63,519 nt of DNA from Bacteroidota bacterium (GTDB lineage Bacteria > Bacteroidota > Bacteroidia > AKYH767-A > OLB10): the NCBI GenBank assembly GCA_029547265.1, contig JAKPPP010000183.1, positions 1-63,519 of the forward strand, given 5' to 3'. Of this stretch, positions 38,901 through 48,409 are shown in pieces. How positions within the stretch are numbered: the stretch's first letter is position 1; the number at the start of each line of letters is the position of its first letter. The notes below the pieces were generated by a model. It was not told the DNA's origin, did no database searches, and was given only the letters and a program-made list of their open reading frames with translations. A program made the translations under genes and the position numbers.

Positions 38901-41366
38901 CTTAAATTTGCTATTTACCATAATACTGAAAACAGCTGGGATGGTGTATTCTTACAATATTCAACGGATGCAGGTGCTACATGGAATGAAGTGCCAAACG
39001 ATCCTGCTTGCGCTAAAGAATGGTACAACGAGAATATTTGGTATAATAACGGAACTGATGCTTGGTCTGGTTTAAACTCTGGATGGAAATACCCTTCATA
39101 TAAATTATGTTGCTTAAATAATGTTTTGGGTAATACTGGTTTAGTGCAATTCCGCTTCGGATTCTCATCTGATCCTTCTGTAACTGTTCAAAGTGGTAAT
39201 GCCGTTATTGACGACTTCTGTATTACAGGTACTAATGGTGATGATGTTGGTGTTTCTGCAGTTAATGCCGGAGGACAGACAAATTATCCAACAGGTACTT
39301 CTGTAATCTTATCAGCAACCCTTACAAATGCAAGTGCTGTTTCAACAATAACAAGCATTCCTGTTTCTTATTTAACTTCTGATGGCCAGTCAGGTTCATT
39401 TGTTTGGACCGGAACTTTGCCTCCTTGCAGTAGTTTAGATATTACAATTCCACCTGTAACTTGTGCTACTGGTCCAATGCAAGTATGCGTATGGACAGAC
39501 CTTACAAGTGATAACAACGCATTAAATGATACTGCGTGTACAACAATATATGGTCAACCTACTATCGCTCCTACTTATGCAAACTATTATTCTGATGATT
39601 TTGAATCAGGAAATATTGGTTGGGCACCGGCAATCGATCCTGCTGCTTTAACAACTAGCGTATGGGAATTCGGCACACCAAACTTTGGTACTACAACAGG
39701 TGCATATACACCAACAACAGCTTGGGACGTAAACTTAAATTCAGCAGTAGCAGGTGATGTATTAACATACTTATATACACCTTATTTCGATTTAACAAAT
39801 GCTGTTGGTGCTACATTGAAATTCTACCAAAATCGTTCACTTGATATATTTGGACCACAATTTAATATTGAGTATTGCTTAAATAACAATAACACATGGA
39901 CAGAATTAGTTCCGGCAATACCTACAGACGCAACAAATTGGTATAACAATGGTAACTTCTGGGATGACTTAAATGGTGGATGGAAACAATCAATCTTGAA
40001 GAACATTGAAAATGCAACTAATGGTGGAGTACCTCCTTCATTAATTCAATTCAGATTTGTTTTAGATAATGGATTTGGAACAATGGATGGTGTTTCAATA
40101 GATAACTTCGAGATCTTTGTACCTATCCCATTAAGTGTTACTCCAATTATTGTAACTAGTACGGTTCAAAATTCATTGTTGTTCCCTGGTCAACCGGTTA
40201 ACTTCTCAGGAAACATTAAAAACAATGGTGTTATAACTGTAAATAACCATATGGCGGTTTTAACAATTGATGGCGTTGTAGCTAGCTCTGACTTCATCGA
40301 TTATACTTCAATTGGAGGTTTACAACCGGATAGCTCAATGCTACATGCTTTCGCTGCAAACTGGATTGCACAACCGGGATATCACAATGTTTGTGTTTAT
40401 ACGTACGATCCAAATAACCAAACAGATAACTACCAATTGGACGATACAATCTGTTCTACTGTTCTTGTATTTGACTCAGTTACTACTAATCAACTTCCAT
40501 TCTGTACCGGATTTGAAAGTGGATCTCAATGGGTAACTGCAAACTCTGATTCTTATGCCGGTCAAGATTCTTGGCAAATGGGATTACCATCAAAACCTAC
40601 TTTAAGTGGAGCTCATACAGGAAATGTGGCTTGGGCTACCGACTTATCAGGTAACTATGCTAATAGAGATTCTGCAGGTTTATTCTCTTCATTAATACGA
40701 GTTCAAGAAGGTCACTGCTATAAATTAGAGTTCTGGCAACGTTACAAAATGGAATATGGTGCTGATGGTGGTGCTGTAGATTATTCAGTTGACTATGGTA
40801 ATAGCTGGAATCGTGTTGATTTCACTGGAACACCAAATATTCAATTGTACGGATTTAGCCCTAACTATACTTATGTAACAGCATTAGATCCAAACAACCC
40901 AACAGGATTAGGATTTACAGGTTACAGAAATAGCTGGTTCAAGACTGAAAAAACACTTCGTCCTGATATTGATGCTCAATTGATCGTTAGATGGAAATTT
41001 GCTTCTGACTTCTCTGCAGTTGACGAAGGATGGGTAATTGATGACGTATGCTTCACTGACTTAGGAGTTTGTACTCCATTAGGAGTTAACGAATTTGCTC
41101 AAAACAACTTCGGATTAAGCCAAAACTATCCTAACCCTTCTTATTCAGCTACTTCAATTGATTACGTAATCCCTGAATTCGGTAATGTTAAATTAACTGT
41201 TACTGATCTTCTTGGACAAACAATCGCTGTTCTTGCTGATGGAAACGAAGGTGCAGGCTTACATACTGTATCTATCAATACAAATGATCTTGCTGCCGGA
41301 ATGTATATCTATACATTAAACTACAATGGAGAGCAAATCACAAAACGTATGATCGTTACGAAATAA
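35931..41366 (+). CDS. Large T9SS-secreted surface protein with alternating MAM/adhesin-like and Ig/CARDB-like repeats
   Basis: Signal peptide MKRLIF..LKAQ; repeated C/SDDFE.G..GW...WE.G.P...AW...L...Y...FRF.F.SD....G..IDDF modules and DDVG[IV] linkers; C-terminal LSQNYPNP...G.Y.Y.L......KRMIVTK T9SS type A domain. Confidence 0.88.
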   Translation: MKRLIFTLLLIVNATMLKAQFTENFDGPGPYGLTPTGSPGWSIDPTYSTSSPNSYKGEYGIGGTVYLTSNSFSTVGNNFVVLNFKQICKIEFVDTAKIEISIDGGTTWTQVTSANSSYLGAGDFANQYDRFSEISYPADWALGNAIPPTNGWWKNEGFDISQLANNAADVRVRFVLVDFLSNNGLNGNYGWLLDDISVVASPCELIPPTVTPQVGYPIWQNTVYNLGPYDVYIHGEDNSLDPIQPMGELYYSVNGGSYNPVGGTFLVTGDSTWYTQIPPADSVNETICWYTELYDNCGNIGVSDTFCFTTADGSSVPFCDNFEDPTASFGLWDTTNVAGSNWDIGVPSGITPHGGSNVAGVSLSGNYVVFSEAYITSPIWDFSGVTLANLQFWNTFDSEDTYDGTVFQYTTNPTDPSPTWTTIGTTNDPNGVNWYNGTIFGGDSAAWTGNSNWQESTYELGTVAGLPGAITAQFRFRFTSDVTINGAGFFMDDFCIKIPCGDDVGIKALTSPLNGTGIPAGQPTNINVVLKNFGLNPQTGFDVVYQVNSNAPVTTTFAGSLNASAQTAYGLTGIVAPSGAFTVCMWTNLTGDCDLTNDTICVNLVGIPTIPAPYCDDFESGNIGWVANIDPNAANQTDVWELGTPTSGIPASAFSGTNAWDVNLANPYGSDALTYLYTPFIDFSSVSTGEVKFDLFYDAQAGGDGVTLEYSTDGGISWNNVGNDPNCAKNWYNSNILIGGNATDAWSGPNSGWIFPSYKLCCLANVLGNATPVQFRFVFASNGFATLTGGATIDDFCVTGSNGDDVGVASVGNGVTNFPSGSPLALPITISNSSSTNTITSIPISYSTSNGQTGSFIWTGSLPPCSVLGITLPAINIPAGPMDVCAWTTLAGDINLLNDTSCASIFGVPTVTAPYCDDFEGGNLGWVASIDPSTANQTDIWELGTPGQAPNAANSGTNAWDVNLANAYSDDALTWLASPFFDFSSITSGELKFAIYHNTENSWDGVFLQYSTDAGATWNEVPNDPACAKEWYNENIWYNNGTDAWSGLNSGWKYPSYKLCCLNNVLGNTGLVQFRFGFSSDPSVTVQSGNAVIDDFCITGTNGDDVGVSAVNAGGQTNYPTGTSVILSATLTNASAVSTITSIPVSYLTSDGQSGSFVWTGTLPPCSSLDITIPPVTCATGPMQVCVWTDLTSDNNALNDTACTTIYGQPTIAPTYANYYSDDFESGNIGWAPAIDPAALTTSVWEFGTPNFGTTTGAYTPTTAWDVNLNSAVAGDVLTYLYTPYFDLTNAVGATLKFYQNRSLDIFGPQFNIEYCLNNNNTWTELVPAIPTDATNWYNNGNFWDDLNGGWKQSILKNIENATNGGVPPSLIQFRFVLDNGFGTMDGVSIDNFEIFVPIPLSVTPIIVTSTVQNSLLFPGQPVNFSGNIKNNGVITVNNHMAVLTIDGVVASSDFIDYTSIGGLQPDSSMLHAFAANWIAQPGYHNVCVYTYDPNNQTDNYQLDDTICSTVLVFDSVTTNQLPFCTGFESGSQWVTANSDSYAGQDSWQMGLPSKPTLSGAHTGNVAWATDLSGNYANRDSAGLFSSLIRVQEGHCYKLEFWQRYKMEYGADGGAVDYSVDYGNSWNRVDFTGTPNIQLYGFSPNYTYVTALDPNNPTGLGFTGYRNSWFKTEKTLRPDIDAQLIVRWKFASDFSAVDEGWVIDDVCFTDLGVCTPLGVNEFAQNNFGLSQNYPNPSYSATSIDYVIPEFGNVKLTVTDLLGQTIAVLADGNEGAGLHTVSINTNDLAAGMYIYTLNYNGEQITKRMIVTK
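37746..39551 (+). repeat. Intragenic tandem duplication, 903-bp (301-aa) period
   Basis: Module starts G[IV]PT..APYCDDFE at 37746 and 38649, third GQPT at 39552; long shared strings (ANQTD.WELGTP, WDVNLAN, PSYKLCCL.NVLGN, VQFRF, NGDDVGV). Confidence 0.85.
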
Positions 41367-41382
41367 TTAAAATCTTCATTTT

Positions 41383-41420
41383 TAAAACAGCCCCGCTAAT
41401 AACGGGGCTGTTTTATTTTT
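41383..41420 (+). terminator. Intrinsic terminator
   Basis: TAAAACAGCCCCG-N7-CGGGGCTGTTTTA then TTTTT. Confidence 0.88.
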
Positions 41421-41438
41421 GTACTGTACCTTTACATT

Positions 41439-42860
41439 ATGAAAAATCTATTTCTACTCCTTTTTTATGCTTTATTCTCTGTAAACGCAAATGCAGAATT
41501 TTTAAAAGATTATGAAGCATTAAGAAACACAAAGAACTTTAACGAACCTCACGTTGTTGCTTATTGCGATTCTTTAACAAATAAAGGTGGAGGAGTTTTT
41601 GTCTGGAAACAATACGATAATTCTGATGCGGTATGGGGACTAATAATTCCTAGTAACTCTGAAGCTAAAGGCAATTGGATTCGACAAGATCAACAGACAT
41701 TAAATCCAGATTGGTTTGGTGCAATCAATATTAGATTAACTATTGCCGGCTTACCTCCTACTTTCAAAAATTTAGGTTATTCAGAAGAGGTAATTCGTAG
41801 TCGTTATTTAGCATTAATACCCGATATATCACTCGATGATACTCCCGATTGGGCTGCACTTCAAATGGCGTGCAAACTGCAAGAGAAAGGATGGCTGTCG
41901 GTCACTTTAAACCCTAAGGATTATTATATCAATCGTACTATCCGACTTCCGGAAACAACGCGTCCGAGTTTCGAATATCATTTCCAATTAGAAGGAAATG
42001 GAGCTTGGTTGTATTCAACAAACAAAACAGGATTTCCTTTTCTATATACAATGCCTAAAAATCAAAAGATGAGTCAGGATGTTTTTTGCTCTCGTAGATT
42101 TAATATTCGTAATCTAAGTATTAAAGGAAATGCAGGAAAAGGTAATGGCGCAGTTGGAATTGCTATCGGAGGAACATTTCATAGCTTACTCGAAAATATT
42201 CAGTTGATGAGTCTCGATACTGGAATCGTTTTACGCCATGCCATGAGTACTGAAATCTATCGTTGTAACGCAGTAAACAATTATTTTATCTCTTATTACA
42301 TCGGATGCGGTAAAGATGTTTGGGAAGGTGCTACACCATCTAAAAGCGGAAGCAACCAAAGCAGAGTAATCGCATCAAGAACTTTTCCGTCAGACCAACA
42401 ATTTGCAGGTGTTATTATCGATCAAAGCAGCGAATGCAGAGTGATTGATTTTACGCTCGACGGAGGATCAAATCGTAATGTATCGTACGGAGTAATCATT
42501 AATACCGGCGGGACTTCCACCGTAAAGGACGGTTATATTGAAGGAATCCACGGTGAGACATTTTGTGATAGCGCATTAATTAAATTCAGAGGAAACGGTG
42601 CTTCCATATTTACCGCTAAAGATCTTTACGTGCAAATGAAAGGTGTTATTGTAGAACTCGACGCGATGAATAATGTTGCACAAGTAAATATCTCAAACGT
42701 TACTTACATTCCACCCGGAAGTACTTTCGCCAATAAAGGAAACGGTGCATGGGACTTTACCAATGTCTTCGGCAAACAACAAAACCCAATCTGGAAAACA
42801 GATAAAGGATATAGTTTTCCTGGAAAAGGAAAAGTTAGAAATACCGTTAAGTTGATGTAA
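41439..42860 (+). CDS. Secreted right-handed beta-helix (pectin lyase fold / tailspike-like) protein
   Basis: Signal peptide ..VNANA; GGGVFVW...G.II......G.W.R......P.WFGA, D.AALQ.A, Y.I..TI, LEGNGA, IRNLSIKG. Confidence 0.65.
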   Translation: MKNLFLLLFYALFSVNANAEFLKDYEALRNTKNFNEPHVVAYCDSLTNKGGGVFVWKQYDNSDAVWGLIIPSNSEAKGNWIRQDQQTLNPDWFGAINIRLTIAGLPPTFKNLGYSEEVIRSRYLALIPDISLDDTPDWAALQMACKLQEKGWLSVTLNPKDYYINRTIRLPETTRPSFEYHFQLEGNGAWLYSTNKTGFPFLYTMPKNQKMSQDVFCSRRFNIRNLSIKGNAGKGNGAVGIAIGGTFHSLLENIQLMSLDTGIVLRHAMSTEIYRCNAVNNYFISYYIGCGKDVWEGATPSKSGSNQSRVIASRTFPSDQQFAGVIIDQSSECRVIDFTLDGGSNRNVSYGVIINTGGTSTVKDGYIEGIHGETFCDSALIKFRGNGASIFTAKDLYVQMKGVIVELDAMNNVAQVNISNVTYIPPGSTFANKGNGAWDFTNVFGKQQNPIWKTDKGYSFPGKGKVRNTVKLM

Positions 42861-42869
42861 TAACAGAAT

Positions 42870-43145
42870 TTACTTCCTGATTTTTCTGAGTATAAAAACA
42901 AAAGCAAGCGAAAACAAAAAATTGGCGATAATCACAATGATTATTGAACCATAAACATCCGCTTTTATTCCTGCATAGTAACAGAACCCCGATACAATTG
43001 CAACCGGCGCTTCTAACATTGCTGTTATTGCACGAATAGGTTTAGGAAGATATTCATGAACGTAATAAAAGCCTGTTAAGAAAAGTGAAATAATTGCCGC
43101 TTTTAAAACGATAAAATTGATGTTATTGATTTTTTGATTCGACAT
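42870..43145 (-). CDS. Small hypothetical membrane protein (~3 TM)
   Basis: 91 aa, three hydrophobic segments, basic C-terminus; fills intergenic space. Confidence 0.55.
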   Translation of the reverse strand: MSNQKINNINFIVLKAAIISLFLTGFYYVHEYLPKPIRAITAMLEAPVAIVSGFCYYAGIKADVYGSIIIVIIANFLFSLAFVFILRKIRK

Positions 43146-43244
43146 ATCGCTCCTTTAAATCAAAGCTATTATTTTAATTTGAATTTAGAAATTCTATTTT
43201 CCATTCTTAAAATAAAATCAACAATAAAATCTTCTACCACCAAT

Positions 43245-43276
43245 AAAAAGAGGCTGCTCAATCAGAACAACCTCTT
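43245..43276 (-). terminator. Terminator downstream of tRNA-Ala
   Basis: Minus strand AAGAGGTTGTTC-TGATT-GAGCAGCCTCTT-TTT. Confidence 0.75.
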
Positions 43277-43278
43277 AG

Positions 43279-43352
43279 TGGAGAATATCGGAGTCGAACC
43301 GATGACCTCTTGCATGCCATGCAAACGCTCTAGCCAGCTGAGCTAATCCCCC
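43279..43352 (-). tRNA. tRNA-Ala(GGC), CCA not encoded
   Basis: GGGGGATTAGCTCAGCTGGCTAGAGCGTTTGCATGGCATGCAAGAGGTCATCGGTTCGACTCCGATATTCTCCA; anticodon GGC, GTTCGA T-loop, G3.U70 pair. Confidence 0.97.
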
Positions 43353-43388
43353 GATTTTTTTTCATTCAACTACTCGTTGATTGCGCTG

Positions 43389-43396
43389 CAAACTTA
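43389..43396 (-). promoter_or_regulatory. -7 element for tRNA-Ala, overlapping the pyrC stop codon
   Basis: TAAGTTTG(CAGCGC) on minus strand. Confidence 0.65.
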
Positions 43397-44677
43397 AACT
43401 AAATTATCGTAAAGGACTTGCTTGTTAAATGTCATCTTTACTTTTCCTGCGAATTCAGTATCGATAAATGGTGTGTTGCGCGATTTTGATTTGATATCTG
43501 CTTTACCAAAAATATACTTTTCTTCAGGATTGAATATTGTAAAATTAGCATTTGTACCTTCTGTTATTGAAGGAATTTCTAGTCCTAATATTTCTCGAGG
43601 ATTTATCGCCATCAGTTTTGCTGTAAACTCCGGCGACATCTTTCCTTCCATAGCCTTTTTTACAACTGAATAAGTAGATTCTAATCCGATCATTCCATAC
43701 GCAGCATAATCGAATTCTACATCTTTCGATTCAATGTCTTCAGGCGAATGATCACTCACCACTACGTCTATCGTTCCATCAGCAATCGCTTCACATAATA
43801 GTTCTCTGTCGCTAATCGATCTTAATGGAGGTTTAACTTTATAGTTCGAATCGAATCCTTCTAAACTGCTATCGTCTAATAACAAATGATAAGCATACGC
43901 TTCTGCAGTTATCGGCAAGCCCATTTTCTTGGCCATACGCACGACTTCTATCGCTTCAGCTGTACTTATACCCGAAACATGTAAAGGTTGTCCTGTATGC
44001 TCCATTAATCGCACATCGCGCTCAAGCATTACAGCTTCTGCAAACGATGGCGATCCTTTAAAACCTAATGATGTTGTTACCGTACTTTCATTGGCTAATG
44101 GTTCACCGGTAATTGCAGGATCATCAGCATACGCTATTAATTTGGTTCCGATATTTCCGGCATATTGCAAAGCGCGCATCATTAATCCGCTGTTGGTAAT
44201 CGCTCGCTTGTCATCTGTAAAAATCACCGCTCCGCCTTGCTTCATGTCGAACATTTCTGCAAGTTCTTTTCCTTCTCTATTATTCGTTACGCTACCTGCA
44301 GCAAAAACATCAACAGAAAAATTGCGCGACTTATTTAAAACATATTCTACATCTGATCGTGTTTGAATTGCAGGCTTAACCGATGGCATTAATAATACTC
44401 CGGTAAATCCTCCTCTCGCAGCTGATTGTTGTCCACTAACTATCGTTTCTTTTTGCTCGTATCCCGGCTCTCTGAAATTTACTTTCATATCGAACCAGCC
44501 CGGCGACAAATAACATCCCTTCCCATTCTTCTCTTCAACGCCGTTAGGAATATCAGCATCCGACATCTTCGTCGCAATTTTCGCGAACTTCCCGTCTTTC
44601 ACTAATACATCTACTAATTTTCCGTTGAAAGCCGAATTCGGATCAGCTATGGTCACTTGACGAATTAAAAGATTCAT
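43394..44677 (-). CDS. pyrC: Dihydroorotase (PyrC family; metal-binding HxH degenerate)
   Basis: PGWFDMKVNFREPG.E.KET, AARGGFT, KVKPPLR, SDHSP, SKSRNTPF. Confidence 0.85.
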   Translation of the reverse strand: MNLLIRQVTIADPNSAFNGKLVDVLVKDGKFAKIATKMSDADIPNGVEEKNGKGCYLSPGWFDMKVNFREPGYEQKETIVSGQQSAARGGFTGVLLMPSVKPAIQTRSDVEYVLNKSRNFSVDVFAAGSVTNNREGKELAEMFDMKQGGAVIFTDDKRAITNSGLMMRALQYAGNIGTKLIAYADDPAITGEPLANESTVTTSLGFKGSPSFAEAVMLERDVRLMEHTGQPLHVSGISTAEAIEVVRMAKKMGLPITAEAYAYHLLLDDSSLEGFDSNYKVKPPLRSISDRELLCEAIADGTIDVVVSDHSPEDIESKDVEFDYAAYGMIGLESTYSVVKKAMEGKMSPEFTAKLMAINPREILGLEIPSITEGTNANFTIFNPEEKYIFGKADIKSKSRNTPFIDTEFAGKVKMTFNKQVLYDNLV

Positions 44678-46734
44678 GATGTTTTCCAGTAACGTAAGAT
44701 TAATGTTTCAGCAAGTAAGAATAACAACACTAGAATTATACAATACTTCCAGAGTGATATTCCTTCTGCCAGTTGATTTAATGTTTTTGTTAGGTCCGCA
44801 GCAGTAGGCTTGTAGTAATTCATACTTCCAATGCGCGCCGACTTTCCTTTTTCTTGTAATGTGGCTTCATCAGAAAACTGCATTACCGATTCTTTACGAT
44901 TATAGTTGAACGAAAGTGTTGCGATATTTTTTCCGCTAACTGCTAAATCATATTGTCCCGCAACAGGTATTTGATCGTTTGCATTAATTGCAATTCCTCC
45001 CGGCAATACTCGATGCATCGGAATCAAATCAATTTTACTTTCTGCATTGGTGAGATGAAATGTTTCTTCTCCTCCCGGCTCCGCTGCTTCTACTTCTATT
45101 GATGCATCTCCGCCAATCACACTCATCATTGCCGGTGAATGCATGCTGTAGAGTGCAATCTTATACAACATTGGTACTACGATCGCATGTCGCGCTAAAT
45201 TGCTAAAGCCCGGAGTTAACGGAACAGCAAACAAAAATACTTTGCCTTTGTCTTTGCTGTATTCCGATAAGAACGCAGCTCCGCTTTGCAGCGACATTAA
45301 TACTTGTCGCGAGCTCTTCGTATTTCCTGTAAACACAAAATGTTTTGAAGTTACCGGATAGTCGATGTTTGATGCTGAGCGTTGATTTTTTTCGAATATG
45401 TCACTAAAAATGGGACTCTTTAAATCGATGTTTTCTACTTTGTCGTTTGTCGATTCAATTCCGGTGAAGGTCTCCCCTCCTATTTGTTGCAAAAACTGAT
45501 TGTATCCCGATAAATCGGCTGATGAATCAGGGAACCAAATGATGCTTCCTCCTTTGCTTAAATATTTCATTAGCTCCGCAGATAATCCCGACGACAACGC
45601 AGGCAACTCATTTAGTATTACTAAATCTTGTTTCTGTAATGATGAGTAGTCAACTTGATTTACCGGCACTTGATTGAATTTAAAAAACGGATCTTGTCCG
45701 AAGAGTGCTTTTAAATAGGGTCCACCGTTATGTCCGTCGAGACTCAATACATTCAACTCTTGCTTTACTTCAAACGATAAATAATATTTATCATCAAACG
45801 TGATTGGCTGATCAACAATCGATACTTCTAGCTTTTGCCAACCCGGCACTGTTACTGTAAAGCTCATTGTTGTCGTAACCGACTTCCCTGCGGGAACAGA
45901 AACTGTAGCTACTGCTCTTTGTGATCCGTTAATACTCAGCTTCACCGGTATATTATCGAGATCTTCTTCGCCACCGTTCGATACAACCACATTTAACTCA
46001 GATGGTTTATTCAACAAAACAACAGGACTATTTAAACTGCAAGTGTCGATGAATGCATTTGCAGTTGCTTGAACCGGCAAGGAAACAATATTCAGGTTCA
46101 TCAATGAATCTGATTTCACTTGATCTAAATCGGATGTAGATGATTGAAAGTCGGATACTATAAAGAAATCCTTTGCATCGTATTGCTGCTGACTAAATGC
46201 TTCTTTCTGACGTTCGATGACTGACGACAAATTTCTGCTGATAGGAGAAATTTTTACACGACTTAATTCATCTAAGAATTCATCTTTTGTAATCAATCGT
46301 TGGTGCACCGATTGAAAGTCGTTCGTTAATAATTGAAATCGAGTTGTAGGGGGATAAGCATTAACAATTTCTGTTGCCTTCTTCTTAGCTACTTCTAACA
46401 ATGAACCGTCTTTGGTCACTCCTTCCATACTAAAAGAATTGTCAACGAAAACGGAAACATTTTTTTGAGCCGATTGAACTCCTGCCTTTCCAATTGGGAT
46501 GATAGGTTGAGCAAATGCAAAAACCAAAAACATAACGGCTAACAAACGACAAGCAAGAACTAATAAATGCTTGAGTTTACTCACACGCGTAGTTTCTTCC
46601 TTTAATTCCTGTAAGAACCGAACATTCGTAAAAACGACTTTCTTGAATCTCCTGAAATTGAAGAGATGGATAATAACGGGAATAGCTAAAAGGGATAATG
46701 CGTATAGAAAGTTGGGGGTTAAGAAGCGTATCAC
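44674..46734 (-). CDS. BatA N-terminal domain + vWA membrane protein
   Basis: IPVIIHLFNFRR.K.V.F.NV.FL, VDNSFSM MIDAS, SDFQ, C-terminal LWK...L.L.FLL.E. Confidence 0.88.
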   Translation of the reverse strand: MIRFLTPNFLYALSLLAIPVIIHLFNFRRFKKVVFTNVRFLQELKEETTRVSKLKHLLVLACRLLAVMFLVFAFAQPIIPIGKAGVQSAQKNVSVFVDNSFSMEGVTKDGSLLEVAKKKATEIVNAYPPTTRFQLLTNDFQSVHQRLITKDEFLDELSRVKISPISRNLSSVIERQKEAFSQQQYDAKDFFIVSDFQSSTSDLDQVKSDSLMNLNIVSLPVQATANAFIDTCSLNSPVVLLNKPSELNVVVSNGGEEDLDNIPVKLSINGSQRAVATVSVPAGKSVTTTMSFTVTVPGWQKLEVSIVDQPITFDDKYYLSFEVKQELNVLSLDGHNGGPYLKALFGQDPFFKFNQVPVNQVDYSSLQKQDLVILNELPALSSGLSAELMKYLSKGGSIIWFPDSSADLSGYNQFLQQIGGETFTGIESTNDKVENIDLKSPIFSDIFEKNQRSASNIDYPVTSKHFVFTGNTKSSRQVLMSLQSGAAFLSEYSKDKGKVFLFAVPLTPGFSNLARHAIVVPMLYKIALYSMHSPAMMSVIGGDASIEVEAAEPGGEETFHLTNAESKIDLIPMHRVLPGGIAINANDQIPVAGQYDLAVSGKNIATLSFNYNRKESVMQFSDEATLQEKGKSARIGSMNYYKPTAADLTKTLNQLAEGISLWKYCIILVLLFLLAETLILRYWKTS

Positions 46735-46989
46735 CGAGATTTTTATTGCTGATTGCGAAAGTAAGCAATAAAAGCAGCATTTAAAAAGCCTAGGCTGCTA
46801 AGTTTAAGGGGAACTTCTGAAGTCATTCATGCAAAGTACATCTTTTACTGCACAAGGGATTTCATACAGGCTTTTAATTATCAAGCCTTTACCCTAAAGC
46901 CTTATTAACAAGATCATGCTGAATTCTATTTCAAATGATAATACAACATGGGCATCTTCTACCGTTACCTTAGAGAAAACACCTTGTAT

Positions 46990-48345
46990 ATGGCCAGAGC
47001 TTCTTCAATTAAAAACAAAGACAGGAAAATTTTTGTACTCGACACATCCGCCATTTTATTCGATCATAAGGCGATGTTTAACTTCAAGGAACACGATGTA
47101 GCAATCCCGATAACAGTTTTAGAGGAGATCGATCGTTTTAAGAAAGGGAATGATGTAATCAATTTTGAGGCAAGGGAGTTTATTCGTGGCCTCGACAAAT
47201 TATCGGGCGACTACTCACTCAACGACTGGATACCGCTCAACGGACCGACCAAAGGGAAGTTCAAGGTCTTGATGAATGAAAAGAGTAACAAGATCGATGC
47301 GAATGAAATCTTTGGAGAGCGCAAAGCCGACCACCAAATTTTGAATGCAGCATTATCGGTGCAAGCGGATCACCCGGGACGAAAAGTTGTATTGATATCG
47401 AAAGATATCAACCTACGATTAAAAGCTAAGTCACTCGATTTAAGTGCGGAGGATTACCTCACAGGAAAAGTAAAGGACATCAACGAACTTTACACAGGGA
47501 AATCGACAGTCGATAATATCACGAAGAAAACAATCGACAAACTTTATTCCGACGGATGGTGCAACTGGAAAGATGTTTCAAAAACAAGACCTATCTACAA
47601 CCACTATTTTATTTTGAAGAGTAAGACGGAAGGCAGCTCTGCCCTCGCCTATTTCAATCCGGAGACGGAAAGAATAGAAAGAGTAACGAAAGATGCATCG
47701 GCAGGAATTAGGCCACGCAATGCCGAGCAAGCCTTCGCCATGCATGCTGTTTTAAATTCCAATGTGCAGTTAGTAACCATTATGGGAGTTGCGGGCACCG
47801 GAAAAACATTACTGGCATTAGCATCGGCGATGGAACAAAAAAGTAAATACCGACAAATATTTTTAGCTCGCCCAATAGTTCCTTTGAGCAATAAAGATAT
47901 CGGGTTTCTTCCCGGCGATATCAAATCGAAGATCAATCCCTATATGGAACCACTATGGGATAATTTGAAATTCATACAAAGTCAGTATAAAGAAACCGAC
48001 AAAGAATTTCAGAAGATCAACGATATGGTAGAAAACGAAAAACTACATATCACTCCCCTAGCCTATATCAGAGGAAGAAGCTTAAGCAATATCTGTTTTA
48101 TTATTGACGAAGCGCAGAACCTCACACCACACGAAGTAAAAACCATTATTACAAGAGCTGGCGAAGGGACAAAAATTATTTTCACCGGCGATATCTTCCA
48201 AATTGATACGCCGTATCTCGATTCACACAGTAACGGACTAAGCACCTTGATCGACAAAATGAAAGATCAGCGAGTATATGCACATATCAACCTCGAGAAA
48301 GGCGAACGAAGCGAATTAGCAAACCTGGCGGGATTGCTGTTGTAG
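46990..48345 (+). CDS. PIN-PhoH fusion (PhoH2/YlaK-like ATPase/RNase)
   Basis: FVLDTS, VLEEID.FK, SKDINLRLKA (PIN); PRNAEQ, GVAGTGKT, RGRS, IDEAQNLT, GD..QID (PhoH); start ATG 46990. Confidence 0.93.
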   Translation: MARASSIKNKDRKIFVLDTSAILFDHKAMFNFKEHDVAIPITVLEEIDRFKKGNDVINFEAREFIRGLDKLSGDYSLNDWIPLNGPTKGKFKVLMNEKSNKIDANEIFGERKADHQILNAALSVQADHPGRKVVLISKDINLRLKAKSLDLSAEDYLTGKVKDINELYTGKSTVDNITKKTIDKLYSDGWCNWKDVSKTRPIYNHYFILKSKTEGSSALAYFNPETERIERVTKDASAGIRPRNAEQAFAMHAVLNSNVQLVTIMGVAGTGKTLLALASAMEQKSKYRQIFLARPIVPLSNKDIGFLPGDIKSKINPYMEPLWDNLKFIQSQYKETDKEFQKINDMVENEKLHITPLAYIRGRSLSNICFIIDEAQNLTPHEVKTIITRAGEGTKIIFTGDIFQIDTPYLDSHSNGLSTLIDKMKDQRVYAHINLEKGERSELANLAGLLL

Positions 48346-48363
48346 TACGAATTGGTTGAAAGC

Positions 48364-48392
48364 AAAAAAGTCCCTCAATGAGGGACTTTTTT
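48364..48392. terminator. Bidirectional intrinsic terminator
   Basis: AAAAAAGTCCCTC-AAT-GAGGGACTTTTTT between convergent genes. Confidence 0.9.
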
Positions 48393-48409
48393 ATTACCGT
48401 AACCGATAA

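Noticed and set aside
35931-41366. Diversity-generating retroelement target/template repeats
   Set aside because: Repeats are in-frame protein modules with differences at all bases, and there is no reverse transcriptase.
41439-43352. Genomic island integrated at tRNA-Ala
   Set aside because: No integrase and no duplicated tRNA 3' end noticed; the native terminator is intact.
46990-48345. PIN-PhoH as a toxin-antitoxin module
   Set aside because: No convincing upstream antitoxin ORF; the fusion is widespread as a stand-alone gene.
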